Positions 26,454 through 36,271 of a DNA stretch of 64,000 bases are shown piece after piece. The DNA comes from Candidatus Poribacteria bacterium (lineage in GTDB: Bacteria; Poribacteria; WGA-4E; WGA-3G). The stretch spans positions 142,292 to 206,291 of the forward strand of contig JAJEIP010000066.1 in assembly GCA_022827885.1 (NCBI GenBank), in the 5' to 3' direction. Within the stretch, counting starts at the first letter, position 1, and each line of letters opens with the position of its first letter. The notes below the pieces were generated by a model. It saw only the letters and a program-made list of their open reading frames with translations. It ran no database searches and was not told where the DNA came from. Both the position numbers and the translations under genes were made by a program.

Positions 26454-29037
26454 ATTCTATGCGCTCCCACATAGATTTGATGTTTTCTTTTAATTGAAAC
26501 TCTATAAAAGCAGGACCCGTCTGCTTCGTCCATTCCCCTCTTAAGTAGGTGGGTGAACGAGACAAGTCGCTTTTCTCACCCGATAAGAGTTTTACAAGTC
26601 TACTGCCGGGTTGCCCCTGTCGTTCAATGAACCGTAGCTCCTCGAAGATAGTGAGTCCGGTTTGAAGTGCTGACGGGGTCCCAAATCCACCTTTTAGTAT
26701 CTCTATCTCAGGATAGCCATCTGTGCCATTGGATTGTATAAGCGTTCGTATGCGCCCGTAAAATCGCCGCAGTTCGTCACCTGTAGGATATTTTTCAGAA
26801 ATCCAATTGCGCATCTCCGCTTCATCTGTGTCGTTGTAGATGAGATGGAGATAGGAGGTTTCATCGGTCGCAAAAGCCGCTTCACATCGTTTAAAAAAGA
26901 GGTCTTGGCTCGGTGCGAGATGACAAAAAATGACGTGTTTCACAAAAGGAAATGCTTCCAGTCGGGAAAAAGCACTACTCGATGCGATTGTCCGCAGTTC
27001 ACCGGCTTCCAATTGGTTCAATAATGCTGTTTCCTCTGACTTTAATGTCGCTTCCGTGTGCCGCGCGATGCCTTCGATGCTCTCCGGTAAAAGTTTGGTA
27101 AGCAGGAGATCCAACATATCTTCGTCTCGTACATAAATTATACAAGATTCCTCTCGCGCAAGCAAGTTTAAAAGATAATTCTTTTTGTTAACATTCCGTT
27201 TGTCAACAAGTTTTAGGGAAGATTCATCGGTAAGTTCAGGAAATACATTCCAGTCTCTGTCTCTACCTTCGGTGTGGACCTCCCAATCTTCGAGAATAAG
27301 TTGGACGGAGCGATTGCCTTGCCACTCGTTGATTTGGGGTGAAAAGGCGATATTGAGTGACATATTGGGACGGCTGAGGGTGATGCGTTTGTCAGCGCCG
27401 CCCCAGTCAAGTGCGCATCGTTTCACGGTGCCGTCGTTAACAAACATTTTCAGATGGTTTTTCTCTGGTCCCATGATGATCGGGATGCCATCCACTTTGA
27501 CGCGGCGGGTCCCGAAACGCGGGCTTGGATTGTCCTTTCCAAAAGGTTCAAAGTGCTCCAGTTCCTTTAGCGTTTCTAACGTCAAAAGTGAAAGCCTCGT
27601 TTCAAATTCAAGCTCGAGCTTCGGTTGCAAATCTTCTGTTGTCAAGTGCTCGGCAGCGTATGCGTTAAAAGCCTGCTTGAACTTGGGAATGTTTTTCGTT
27701 TTGAGCGTTAACCCCGCCGCTGCTGCGTGTCCCCCGTGTTTCAGGAGCAATTCGGTACAGGCAACGAAGCTATCGGCAAGGTTCATGCCTTCGATACACC
27801 GTCCGGAACCAGTGGCTTCATCACCGTCAATTGCGAGGATAACGACGGGTCTGTGGAATGTATTCATCAAACGGCCGGCAGTGATACCGACAACCCCCTT
27901 TTCTTTTCCTTCTACTGCCTTTTTTTCTCTTTCGTTCCACGCCTCGCTGGCAGCTTCGTTCCACTTGTCGCTGGCAACAACGATCCCCACGGTATCATCA
28001 TCTATCTCGTTTTCAATTATCCTCGATGCCTCCTCTTGAATCTGATCTCCGAACTTCCTTCGCAGTTGATTTGCCTGATTGAGTTCAGAGGCCCCCCGAA
28101 TTGCGACATCCTCAGAGTCGGTTGTGAAAAGTTCAACCACTTTGTCCGCAGTACCCATGCGGCCAGCGGCGTTGATACGGGGTCCTAACTTGAAAGAGAT
28201 AGCGTATCCGTCGATCGGTGTGTCAATTTTGTGACCAGCGACTTCGCACAAAGCGTGAACCCCAGGGCGTTCGCGTTTGTCAAGTTCTGCTAACCCCAAG
28301 CGGCTCAAAATGCGATTTTCGCCAGTCAGCGGTGCAATATCTGCGACCGTCCCCAAGGCTACCAGGTCGAGGAGTGATTCAAGAAACGCTTTATCATCTG
28401 TTAATCCCTGTGCTAATTTGAAGGCTAAACCGACACCTGCGAGTTCGGTGTAAGGGTATTCATTCCCCGGAATCTTCGGTGAAATCAGCGCATAAGCCGG
28501 CGGCTGTTCCGACTCTGGCTGGTGATGATCCGTGACGATAACATCCATACCGAGTTGATTCGCCAACGCCACCTCTTTCACCGATGTGATACCACAGTCT
28601 ACAGTGATGAGTAATTTCGCTCTGTTTTTCTGGTGGATCTTTTCTACGGTATCTTTGCTGAGCCCGTAACCCTCGCCAAACCGATTCGGGATATAGTAGT
28701 CAACGGGGACATCCATCTGGCGGAATGTATTGAGGAGCAGTGCCGTCGCAGTCGTGCCATCGACATCGTAATCACCATAGACGCAGATTTTCTCGCCACG
28801 TGAGATCGCTTGATGTATCCGTTCTATAGCTTTATCCATGTCTGCTAATTTAAAGGGGGAGTGCAATTCATCAAGCGTTGGGTAGAGGTAGGCCCGCGCT
28901 TCGGCAGCCGTCTTAATCCCTCGATTGATGAGCAGTTGTGCAGCAAACGGGGAGACACCTGCTTCGGATGCCAATATTAAACTGTTATCAAAATCCGAAT
29001 TTTTAAATTGCCACTTTTTGCGAGCAGGTTTTCTCAT
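26413..29037 (-). CDS. recJ: single-stranded-DNA-specific exonuclease RecJ with a long C-terminal extension
   Basis: DHH motifs YGDYDVDGTT, DCG and VIVTDHH, plus a DHHA1 region. I use the start at 29037 (MRKPARKKW). About 300 extra C-terminal residues. Confidence 0.9.
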   Translation of the reverse strand: MRKPARKKWQFKNSDFDNSLILASEAGVSPFAAQLLINRGIKTAAEARAYLYPTLDELHSPFKLADMDKAIERIHQAISRGEKICVYGDYDVDGTTATALLLNTFRQMDVPVDYYIPNRFGEGYGLSKDTVEKIHQKNRAKLLITVDCGITSVKEVALANQLGMDVIVTDHHQPESEQPPAYALISPKIPGNEYPYTELAGVGLAFKLAQGLTDDKAFLESLLDLVALGTVADIAPLTGENRILSRLGLAELDKRERPGVHALCEVAGHKIDTPIDGYAISFKLGPRINAAGRMGTADKVVELFTTDSEDVAIRGASELNQANQLRRKFGDQIQEEASRIIENEIDDDTVGIVVASDKWNEAASEAWNEREKKAVEGKEKGVVGITAGRLMNTFHRPVVILAIDGDEATGSGRCIEGMNLADSFVACTELLLKHGGHAAAAGLTLKTKNIPKFKQAFNAYAAEHLTTEDLQPKLELEFETRLSLLTLETLKELEHFEPFGKDNPSPRFGTRRVKVDGIPIIMGPEKNHLKMFVNDGTVKRCALDWGGADKRITLSRPNMSLNIAFSPQINEWQGNRSVQLILEDWEVHTEGRDRDWNVFPELTDESSLKLVDKRNVNKKNYLLNLLAREESCIIYVRDEDMLDLLLTKLLPESIEGIARHTEATLKSEETALLNQLEAGELRTIASSSAFSRLEAFPFVKHVIFCHLAPSQDLFFKRCEAAFATDETSYLHLIYNDTDEAEMRNWISEKYPTGDELRRFYGRIRTLIQSNGTDGYPEIEILKGGFGTPSALQTGLTIFEELRFIERQGQPGSRLVKLLSGEKSDLSRSPTYLRGEWTKQTGPAFIEFQLKENIKSMWERIEYEYQILSEPNSSI

Positions 29038-29197
29038 ATCATCCCTTCTATGGTTAAGACAGAAGACCCACGCTTTGCAATACGTAGGCTTGCAAGGCGA
29101 CACCTCTTCGGTTATGAATATGGTATCACAAAAATTGAGAATTGTCAATTTTTTCTATACTGAAAACTAAGGGCTTCTGCGGTGTTGTAAATATAAC

Positions 29198-29226
29198 TTG
29201 ACAAAATAAATTGTTTATGGTATTAT
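29198..29226 (+). promoter_or_regulatory. sigma70-type promoter (TTGACA-17 nt-TATTAT)
   Basis: Read directly. About 165 nt upstream of the ferredoxin ATG. Confidence 0.55.
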
Positions 29227-29394
29227 TATAGTGTCCTGATCGCAACTCAGCAGACAATATACAGAATGCCACATACGACGATATTTTTGTAACGCCTTCA
29301 TCAAATAGGGACTAACCTCGTCCGTTCAATGAAGTTACCCTCGGTGTGATATGGAGGCTCTTATTGTAAATCAAGCCGAAAGGAGTTTTCTGAT

Positions 29395-29652
29395 ATGACG
29401 TATGTGATTTGTGAACCGTGTATCGACGTTAAGGACAGTGCATGCGTTGATGTATGCCCAGTGGACTGCATTCATCCTCTACCCGATGCCGACGAATTTG
29501 AGGAAACAAATCAGCTCTACATCGATCCGGAAGAGTGCATCGATTGTGGTGTATGCGAGCCCGAATGTCCCGTCGAAGCCATCTTCATGGAGGAAGATGT
29601 TCCTGAAGAATGGGAAGAGTTCATTGATATCAATGCGGAATACTTTGAATAA
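29395..29652 (+). CDS. ferredoxin (Fe-S cluster protein)
   Basis: CEPCIDVKDSACVDVCPVDC and CIDCGVCEPECP cluster motifs. AAGGAG lies upstream. Confidence 0.9.
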   Translation: MTYVICEPCIDVKDSACVDVCPVDCIHPLPDADEFEETNQLYIDPEECIDCGVCEPECPVEAIFMEEDVPEEWEEFIDINAEYFE

Positions 29653-29690
29653 CGGATAGTAGGAATAATCCTTCGATCACAACGCGTTGA

Positions 29691-29746
29691 ACGGTTGCTG
29701 ATTCGCGAGACTGTCTTCGGTCCCACGGTCAGTAACCGTTTTTTTG
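29691..29746 (+). terminator. rho-independent terminator after the ferredoxin gene
   Basis: Stem ACGGTTGCTGA (29691-29701) pairs with TCAGTAACCGT (29729-29739) with one mismatch, followed by T7. Confidence 0.65.
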
Positions 29747-29778
29747 TAAAGGGCTGACCCTTTCTTTAAGGAATTATC

Positions 29779-30096
29779 ATGCAGAAATTCCAACCCACCC
29801 GCATTGAAAGAAGCAATACAAGCTTAGAAATCCAATGGAAAGATTCACATCACAGCGAGTTATCCTACCGCCTCCTCCGAGAAAAATGTCCCTGTGCCCG
29901 TTGTGATGCTACCCGATTCGGCAAAGATCCTTTCCACATCCTACCCGCTGACGATTTTTTTCAAAACCTACGGCTTTTGGACATTCAGCGAGTCGGACGC
30001 TACGCTGTGAGATTGATATGGAACGATGGACACCGGACCGGAATTTATACCTTCCAATTTTTGCGTGAATTGAGCGAAAACCCACCTGAAATTTAA
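29779..30096 (+). CDS. DUF971 domain protein (gamma-butyrobetaine hydroxylase-like N-terminal domain)
   Basis: LEIQWKDSHHSELSYRLLREKCPCARC..IWNDGHRTGIYTFQFLR pattern. Confidence 0.75.
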   Translation: MQKFQPTRIERSNTSLEIQWKDSHHSELSYRLLREKCPCARCDATRFGKDPFHILPADDFFQNLRLLDIQRVGRYAVRLIWNDGHRTGIYTFQFLRELSENPPEI

Positions 30097-30116
30097 GATA
30101 CGTTCAAATAAAAATA

Positions 30117-30136
30117 GGTGAGGTTTTAACCTCACC
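30117..30136. terminator. hairpin GGTGAGGTT-TT-AACCTCACC between convergent genes
   Basis: Perfect inverted repeat. A-rich on the plus-strand 5' side, which gives a U-tract for the minus-strand gene 30168..30737. Belongs to the GGTGNGG hairpin family. Confidence 0.55.
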
Positions 30137-30167
30137 GAAGAGACTAAGTGTAAGAGCCGTGTGTGCG

Positions 30168-30737
30168 TTATTCCGATAGCAATTGCGAGACGAGATAGCA
30201 GTTAGGGGTCTTCCGGGTAGCACCCAACGCCGTGCTAAGATTCTGACACACTTTCCAGTAACGATCGTAACTGAGCGGACGGAAGCGACGACGTTTTCCG
30301 ATGAAAGTTTTGTGGCAGCAGGCTAATTCATTGCCGCTATGAATCGGATACCCCCAGACACGGCAGATGACCGGACGGTGTTCGTAAACAGTGCAAACCC
30401 CACCGATGAGCATAGGGCACTCACCTTCAGGCGTGCCTTTTATGACCCCAATGGCTTCCATCCCAGCATCCGGCATTATATTTTCAACGTCATAGCCGTG
30501 CGCCTTCAATTTTCTGATGCTCTGTTCAGCCTTCCCACGAATATGTGAGCGGATTTCGACAGGGAGTGCTTCCAATCCGATCTTTAAGTCACGAGCCTCG
30601 ACCTCGCTTATCGCCATAGTTGCGGTGTTTTGACAGCAGGAAAAGCAGGTAGATGGACAGGGGATACCCCCTGATTCTTGACGCAAACGTTCGACATCGC
30701 GCTGAATCTCATCAAGGAGTTCGTAATATGCTTTCAT
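30168..30737 (-). CDS. YkgJ-family cysteine-cluster protein
   Basis: CPSTCFSCCQN (CxxxCxxCC) plus distal Cys residues typical of UPF0153/YkgJ. Confidence 0.7.
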   Translation of the reverse strand: MKAYYELLDEIQRDVERLRQESGGIPCPSTCFSCCQNTATMAISEVEARDLKIGLEALPVEIRSHIRGKAEQSIRKLKAHGYDVENIMPDAGMEAIGVIKGTPEGECPMLIGGVCTVYEHRPVICRVWGYPIHSGNELACCHKTFIGKRRRFRPLSYDRYWKVCQNLSTALGATRKTPNCYLVSQLLSE

Positions 30738-30744
30738 GGTAGTA

Positions 30745-31704
30745 TCAATCTATGGTCAGATTATACACAGCGTGTCTGAAGATAACAACCTTGGAACCGT
30801 TCTCTAAAATGAGCTTAATCTCATAAGGGCTGACCCAGTCTATAATGCCGCGAAATATCTCGCCCTCACGGAGTGTAACTTCAATCGCAGTTCCATTTTT
30901 TCGGGCGAGCCGAACGGCTTTCGTATCAATTTCAGGGACTTGTGCATCAGCAGTGAGTTGTGTCAGCTTCTGTGCCTTCACAGCAGCATCGCTATCAACA
31001 GATGCCTGAACCCTCTCTGCATCAACGTCTTTATAACAGTATTTAACATCCGTTTTGGTGATGTGTTGCTCTGTCCCGTTGCTATTGAGCGTCAAACTTG
31101 AGAGCGTCATTTCAAGGACAGTAGCAGGCAATTGGACGTGATTATACAACGCAAAAAACATGGATGTTTCAAAATTAATCTGCTTGAGGATATAGAGATC
31201 ACCGAAACTAAGTTGCTTTGAAGATGCGTCTGGTGTCTCTTGTGTCGGTGCCGCCGAATCGTTCAAATCTTTCGTCGAGGCACGTTGAGTGCGGGGTGAT
31301 TTTGCTGCCGGTTCCAGAGGGGCTACAGATGCCTCAGGGGTACGGCGATGCCGAGTCGGCTTTGAGGCGTCAGTCTCATAATTGGCGGCAGTCGTTGGCT
31401 CATTACTGATAAATTGACCCTGTCCCTGCCCCGGGAAACCTGCGTAACCGCGCGGAATAATTGCTTTCCCTTGGCGTAACCATCTGCGTTCCGTCGGTGT
31501 TAACAATACTTCGACGTTTTGGGCAACAAGCCCCTTTTCACCTTCAATAATGCTGTACTTTACGCGCTGTCCGACACGGAGTTCTTCGTATTCGGGCTGC
31601 TTAATAGCAGAACTATGTAAGAAAACATCTGCATCACTGCTATCTTGCGCGATAAATCCGAAACCTTTATCGAAATTGTAGTACTTAATCCGTCCTGTAG
31701 GCAT
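30745..31704 (-). CDS. cold-shock domain protein with a long C-terminal extension ending in an Sm/Hfq-like segment
   Basis: The N-terminus GRIKYYNFDKGFGFIAQD..DVFLHSSAI contains the CSD RNP1/RNP2 motifs. The C-terminus IEVTLREGEIFRGIIDWVSPYEIKLIL..VVIFRHAVYNL resembles the Hfq Sm1/Sm2 motifs. Confidence 0.75.
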   Translation of the reverse strand: MPTGRIKYYNFDKGFGFIAQDSSDADVFLHSSAIKQPEYEELRVGQRVKYSIIEGEKGLVAQNVEVLLTPTERRWLRQGKAIIPRGYAGFPGQGQGQFISNEPTTAANYETDASKPTRHRRTPEASVAPLEPAAKSPRTQRASTKDLNDSAAPTQETPDASSKQLSFGDLYILKQINFETSMFFALYNHVQLPATVLEMTLSSLTLNSNGTEQHITKTDVKYCYKDVDAERVQASVDSDAAVKAQKLTQLTADAQVPEIDTKAVRLARKNGTAIEVTLREGEIFRGIIDWVSPYEIKLILENGSKVVIFRHAVYNLTID

Positions 31705-31987
31705 TTTATGCTCCTGTGGCCTTGTCCCATTTCAGGCGGGGACGTTAACCATTCGCGTTCCTGCGCGAGCATTCCTTATTTACGGTTTTTCTTGACATAA
31801 CAACTCTACCCTTTATACAATAAATAGAGCAGACCTCATCTTTTGGAAACCCACTTCCTTCTATAACAGTGAAAGGAACGGTAAATTACCAAAGTATTCA
31901 TATATTAAATCATAATTCAACACATTTGTCAAGTATCAAGTATAAAACTGCGAGTCGTCTGCTCTCAGTTTCTAAAGGAGACCTTGT

Positions 31988-33277
31988 ATGGAAACCACCG
32001 ATCTGACCCAGCATATTCAATCTATTCGTCTTGTTGATACACACGAACACATGAAGCGCGAAGTCGAATGGGTTGAGAACGGACCCGATATCCTCCAAGA
32101 CCTGTTCGGAAATTATGTGCCTGCCGACCTGGTAACAGCCGGTGCATCTCCAGAAGCAATGCGCAACCTGATGGACGCCTCTCAAGATGTCGCATCACGG
32201 TTTGACGGCATCCGGGACGCGTGGGAAGCGACGCAGTTTACGGGGTATGGCGAGGCGGTCAGCCTCATCGCGAAACACATCTATGGACTCGACGAACTGA
32301 CAGGCGATGGACTCGCGGGTGCCAATAATCTAACAGGACTTCGAGCCCCCGGCAAACGTTATCACATTTTACACGACCTCGCGAAGCTTGACCATATTCA
32401 AACGGACGATTTCAGTTGGCAGTGTACCCCGGATACCTCCGGTCCCGATTTTTTCCTCTACGATCTCTCGTGGGCAACATTCTGTAACGGACAAGTCGAT
32501 CCAAGTGCTATTCATGCAGAAACAGGGGTCGACGTCAACGATCTAACGTCCCTTAAGACTGCTATGGCGGCGATTTTTGCCAAGCATGCCCCTTGTGCTA
32601 TCGCAGTAAAATCACAACACGCTTACAATCGAACGCTCGACTGGATTGAAAGAAGCGATGCCGAGGCTGCTACTGCGCTTAATGCTGTACTCACGAAACC
32701 CGCCGCAGAGGTCGACGAAGCCACGCGCCTCTGTCTGGGCGATTGGTGCTGGGCGCGCGGTGTTGAACTCACGATTGAACACAACCTCCCGTTCAAGATT
32801 CATACAGGGTATTATGCTGGCAACGATCGGATGCCAGTGCGACGTATCCCCGCGGGCAATATGTGCGCCTTGTTCGCTCGCTATCTCGACGCGAAATTTG
32901 TCCTGATGCACATCGCCTACCCTTATAACGACGAACTCGTTGCCCTCGCCAAACATTACCGTAATATCTGGGTCGACTTCTGCTGGGCATGGAGCATCGA
33001 TCCGTATAGTTCACGTGATTTCCTCCGCCGGTGCATCCATGCTGTCCCGTCAAATAAATTGTTCGCTTTCGGCGGTGATACAGGGTGGCCAACCAGTGCA
33101 ATGGCGTATGCGATTCAAGCGCGAAACGAAATCCGACGCGCCCTTGAAGCCGAGATTGCCGACGGTTACCTCTCGGAAAAACAGGCAATGGCGTTCGCAA
33201 CCCGGATTATGCATACAAATCAATACGACTGCTTCGATATAAGTGGTACTCGCTTGAACATTGCGGAAGCCGCATAA
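31988..33277 (+). CDS. amidohydrolase-2 family metal-dependent hydrolase
   Basis: LVDTHEHM N-terminal metal motif. 429 aa TIM-barrel-like pattern with late H and D residues. Confidence 0.7.
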   Translation: METTDLTQHIQSIRLVDTHEHMKREVEWVENGPDILQDLFGNYVPADLVTAGASPEAMRNLMDASQDVASRFDGIRDAWEATQFTGYGEAVSLIAKHIYGLDELTGDGLAGANNLTGLRAPGKRYHILHDLAKLDHIQTDDFSWQCTPDTSGPDFFLYDLSWATFCNGQVDPSAIHAETGVDVNDLTSLKTAMAAIFAKHAPCAIAVKSQHAYNRTLDWIERSDAEAATALNAVLTKPAAEVDEATRLCLGDWCWARGVELTIEHNLPFKIHTGYYAGNDRMPVRRIPAGNMCALFARYLDAKFVLMHIAYPYNDELVALAKHYRNIWVDFCWAWSIDPYSSRDFLRRCIHAVPSNKLFAFGGDTGWPTSAMAYAIQARNEIRRALEAEIADGYLSEKQAMAFATRIMHTNQYDCFDISGTRLNIAEAA

Positions 33278-33286
33278 CTTGAAGAT

Positions 33287-34327
33287 TTACGCGTCTCTTA
33301 AAGCCTGTAGACTCTCTATATAAGGGGCGCGCGCCACACCCTTTTCTGTAATGATCGCTGTAACTAACGCCGCGGGCGTGACATCAAACGCAGGACTATA
33401 GACTTTAACGCCTTCAGGCGCCGTGAGTTTCCCGAAACCTTCTGTCACCTCTTCCGCGGCACGTTGCTCAATAGGGATTTCTGCCCCAGTGCCGAGAGCG
33501 AAGTCTAAGGTTGAAGTCGGGGCTGCAACATAAAAAGGGATGCCGTGTGCGTCTGCGAGGATAGCGACATTATAGGTGCCGATCTTGTTTGCCGTGTCGC
33601 CGTTTGCGGCAATCCTGTCGGCACCGACAATCACACATTGGATTTTGCCTTCTTTCATGACCTGTGCTGCCATGTTATCGCAGATGAGCGTCACATCGAT
33701 ACCGGCTTGCATGAGTTCCCATGTCGTAAGACGTGCGCCTTGTAAAAGGGGGCGCGTCTCGTCAGCGTAAACTTGGATCTTCTTACCCGCCTCGTGCGCA
33801 CTGAACATAACCGCTAACGCTGTGCCGTAGTCGGATGTCGCTAATCCACCGGCGTTGCAGTGCGTCAGAATTGTATCGCTTTCGTTTAGCAACGCCATAC
33901 CGTGCTGCCCAATGGCGCGGCACATCGCTTTATCCTCATCAATAATCTTCAGAGCCTCAGCAAGTAGTACCTCTTTGAGTTCAGGGATCTGAAGGTGACT
34001 GTTCTCTTGTGCTGTCTGGCTCATTCTGTCCAATGCCCAAAAGAGATTAACGGCTGTCGGTCGTGAGGTCGCTAAATAATCGGTCGCGGATTTAAGTTCG
34101 GCGGTAAAAGCATCGTATGTGTTTGCAGTAGAATCCCATATGCCAATTACTGCACCCAGCGCACCCGCAATACCGATCGCGGGCGCACCCCGCACACGCA
34201 AGGATTTGATGGCTTCCCAGACCGATGGGAGATCATCGCAATAAATCTGTTTGAATTCATTGGGCAACAGCGTCTGGTCAATCATCCGAATTCTACCATC
34301 CACCCATTCAATTGTTGAAACTGCCAT
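33287..34327 (-). CDS. mtnA: S-methyl-5-thioribose-1-phosphate isomerase
   Basis: IEWVDGRIRMIDQTLLP..VRGAPAIGIAGA..GADRIAANGDTANKIGTY are canonical MtnA/eIF-2B-like motifs. Confidence 0.9.
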   Translation of the reverse strand: MAVSTIEWVDGRIRMIDQTLLPNEFKQIYCDDLPSVWEAIKSLRVRGAPAIGIAGALGAVIGIWDSTANTYDAFTAELKSATDYLATSRPTAVNLFWALDRMSQTAQENSHLQIPELKEVLLAEALKIIDEDKAMCRAIGQHGMALLNESDTILTHCNAGGLATSDYGTALAVMFSAHEAGKKIQVYADETRPLLQGARLTTWELMQAGIDVTLICDNMAAQVMKEGKIQCVIVGADRIAANGDTANKIGTYNVAILADAHGIPFYVAAPTSTLDFALGTGAEIPIEQRAAEEVTEGFGKLTAPEGVKVYSPAFDVTPAALVTAIITEKGVARAPYIESLQALRDA

Positions 34328-34476
34328 TGTTTGGTACAGAACCCTCCTCTAAAAAAACGAAGCACATCTCGAAATAAATAGACTAAAGACTACGACACAG
34401 TAAAATAAGATAATAGCATTTTCTATGCTACAGCACAATCATATTTTTAATTTACCTTGCGGCGTAATGAAAAATA

Positions 34477-36114
34477 TTAAATTGGGCATGTCAAGTGCCC
34501 AAGTTCGTTGGTTAAGCGTAGATTTTCGGCATAATCAACGGGACAATCAATAACTGACGGAACTTGCTGACGGAACGCATCTTTGAGGATAGGAACCAAT
34601 TCGTCACTCCCTTCGACCCTATAGCCTTTTGCGCCGAAGGCCTCGGCGTATTTGACGAAATCGGGGTTTGTGAAGTCGATGTGGGCAGGTCTACCAAAGC
34701 CGTTCATCTGCTTCCACTCGATAAGTCCGTAAGCCTCGTCATTGAAGATAAGCGTGACGAAGGGCACCCCGATTCGTGTTGCTGTTTCGAGTTCCTGCGA
34801 GTTCATCAAAAAGCCGCCATCACCGCAAATTGCCAAACATTTGCGTTCTGGATAGATAAGTTTCGCAACAAAAGCCCCGGGTAGCGCGATGCCCATGGAA
34901 GCGAAACCGTTGGAAATGATGCACGTATTCGGTTGATAACACGGATACATACGGGCAATCCACATTTTGTGTGCGCCGACATCGGAAATCAGGATGTCAT
35001 CTTCAGCAAGCACAGAACGGACATCACTCAAGATTTTCTGCGGCTTCATCGGGAATCCCATATCCTCGCGGTGTTCGTCGAGTTGGTCGAGTATAATTTT
35101 GCGTAAGGTGTTTGAGGCATACTCTGAATCTTTAGGATAGATTTCTTGTGCCATCAGGTGCCTGAGGCTCTGACGGATGTTGCCTACCATCTCGACATCC
35201 GTGACGTAAGCGGCATCACTTTCGCTCGGTTGTGTATCGATATGGATGAGTTTCTTGTTCCGATCGGGATTCCAGAGACGTGGATGGTATTCGACGATAT
35301 CGTAACCGATTGCGATGACGAGGTCTGCCCTGTCAAATCCACAGGAGACGAAATCGTTTGCCTGTAAGCCTACACTCAGGAGGGAGAGTCGATGGGTCCA
35401 CGGAATGCTACCTTTGCCCATAAAGGTGTGTGCGACGGGAATGTTCGTCATCTCGGCGAATTGGGTCAGAATCCGGGAAGCACCTTGGCGGACAACCCCG
35501 TTTCCTGCGAGGATAATCGGCTGCTTTGCGTCGTTAATCAATTGTGCAGCGCGCAGCAAACAGGAGGCAATGGGTTCGGCGTCGCTGGGAAAGTCATGTG
35601 GCATCGGTTCGGCGCTAACTTTCATCTTAGCGACATCTTCTGGAAAGTCGATGTGTGTAGCACCAGGCTTCTCTCCGGTCGCTATTTTAAAAGCTTTACC
35701 CATCGACTCGGGGATGATTTCAGGGAGGTGAAGCAGTGTATTCCATTTCGTCATCGGTTTGAAAACGGAGACGACATCCATATATTGGTGGGATTCTTTG
35801 TGCATCCTGTCTAAACTCGCTTGTCCGGTGATCGCAACGAGAGGCGCCCTATCCATATTCGCATCAGCAACGCCTGTGACAAGGTTCATGGCGCCTGGAC
35901 CTAAGGTGGCGAGACATACACCGGCGCGCCCTGTGAGGCGACCATAGACGTCCGCCATGAAGGCGGCACCCCGTTCATCGCGAGTTTGAATGAATTGGAT
36001 GTTGGATTCTAACAGCGCGTCCATCAAATCCATATTTTCTTCACCCGGTATGCCAAATATATAGTCAACGCTTTCGTTTTCCAAACATTTAACGATCAAT
36101 TCTGAGGCTTTCAT
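34477..36114 (-). CDS. thiamine-diphosphate enzyme, acetolactate synthase (AlsS/catabolic-like)
   Basis: N-terminal VDYIFGIPGEEN, GPGAMNLVTGVADA, and the TPP-binding GDGGFLMNSQELET motif. Confidence 0.8.
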   Translation of the reverse strand: MKASELIVKCLENESVDYIFGIPGEENMDLMDALLESNIQFIQTRDERGAAFMADVYGRLTGRAGVCLATLGPGAMNLVTGVADANMDRAPLVAITGQASLDRMHKESHQYMDVVSVFKPMTKWNTLLHLPEIIPESMGKAFKIATGEKPGATHIDFPEDVAKMKVSAEPMPHDFPSDAEPIASCLLRAAQLINDAKQPIILAGNGVVRQGASRILTQFAEMTNIPVAHTFMGKGSIPWTHRLSLLSVGLQANDFVSCGFDRADLVIAIGYDIVEYHPRLWNPDRNKKLIHIDTQPSESDAAYVTDVEMVGNIRQSLRHLMAQEIYPKDSEYASNTLRKIILDQLDEHREDMGFPMKPQKILSDVRSVLAEDDILISDVGAHKMWIARMYPCYQPNTCIISNGFASMGIALPGAFVAKLIYPERKCLAICGDGGFLMNSQELETATRIGVPFVTLIFNDEAYGLIEWKQMNGFGRPAHIDFTNPDFVKYAEAFGAKGYRVEGSDELVPILKDAFRQQVPSVIDCPVDYAENLRLTNELGHLTCPI

Positions 36115-36271
36115 GGTTGTATTTCCTTATATGTTACAACGGACGAAAAATTTGTTTTTTCTCCCTGAATTACGTATCATTAATATTATCATATAGAGAT
36201 ATAGAATTGCAATTTTTTAAGAGAAAGCAGCAAGCACAAGGTGTGCTGTCCAGCAACATTACAGAAGATAA

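Noticed and set aside
27185-28039. 284 aa ORF on the plus strand.
   Set aside because: It is antisense to recJ (DHH/DHHA1 motifs on the minus strand) and has a Ser-rich, low-complexity translation.
29038-29148. Upstream extension of recJ (track start 29148).
   Set aside because: The Cys/Phe-rich 37 aa extension has no RecJ counterpart. MRKPARKKW followed by the conserved N-terminal region is the more plausible start.
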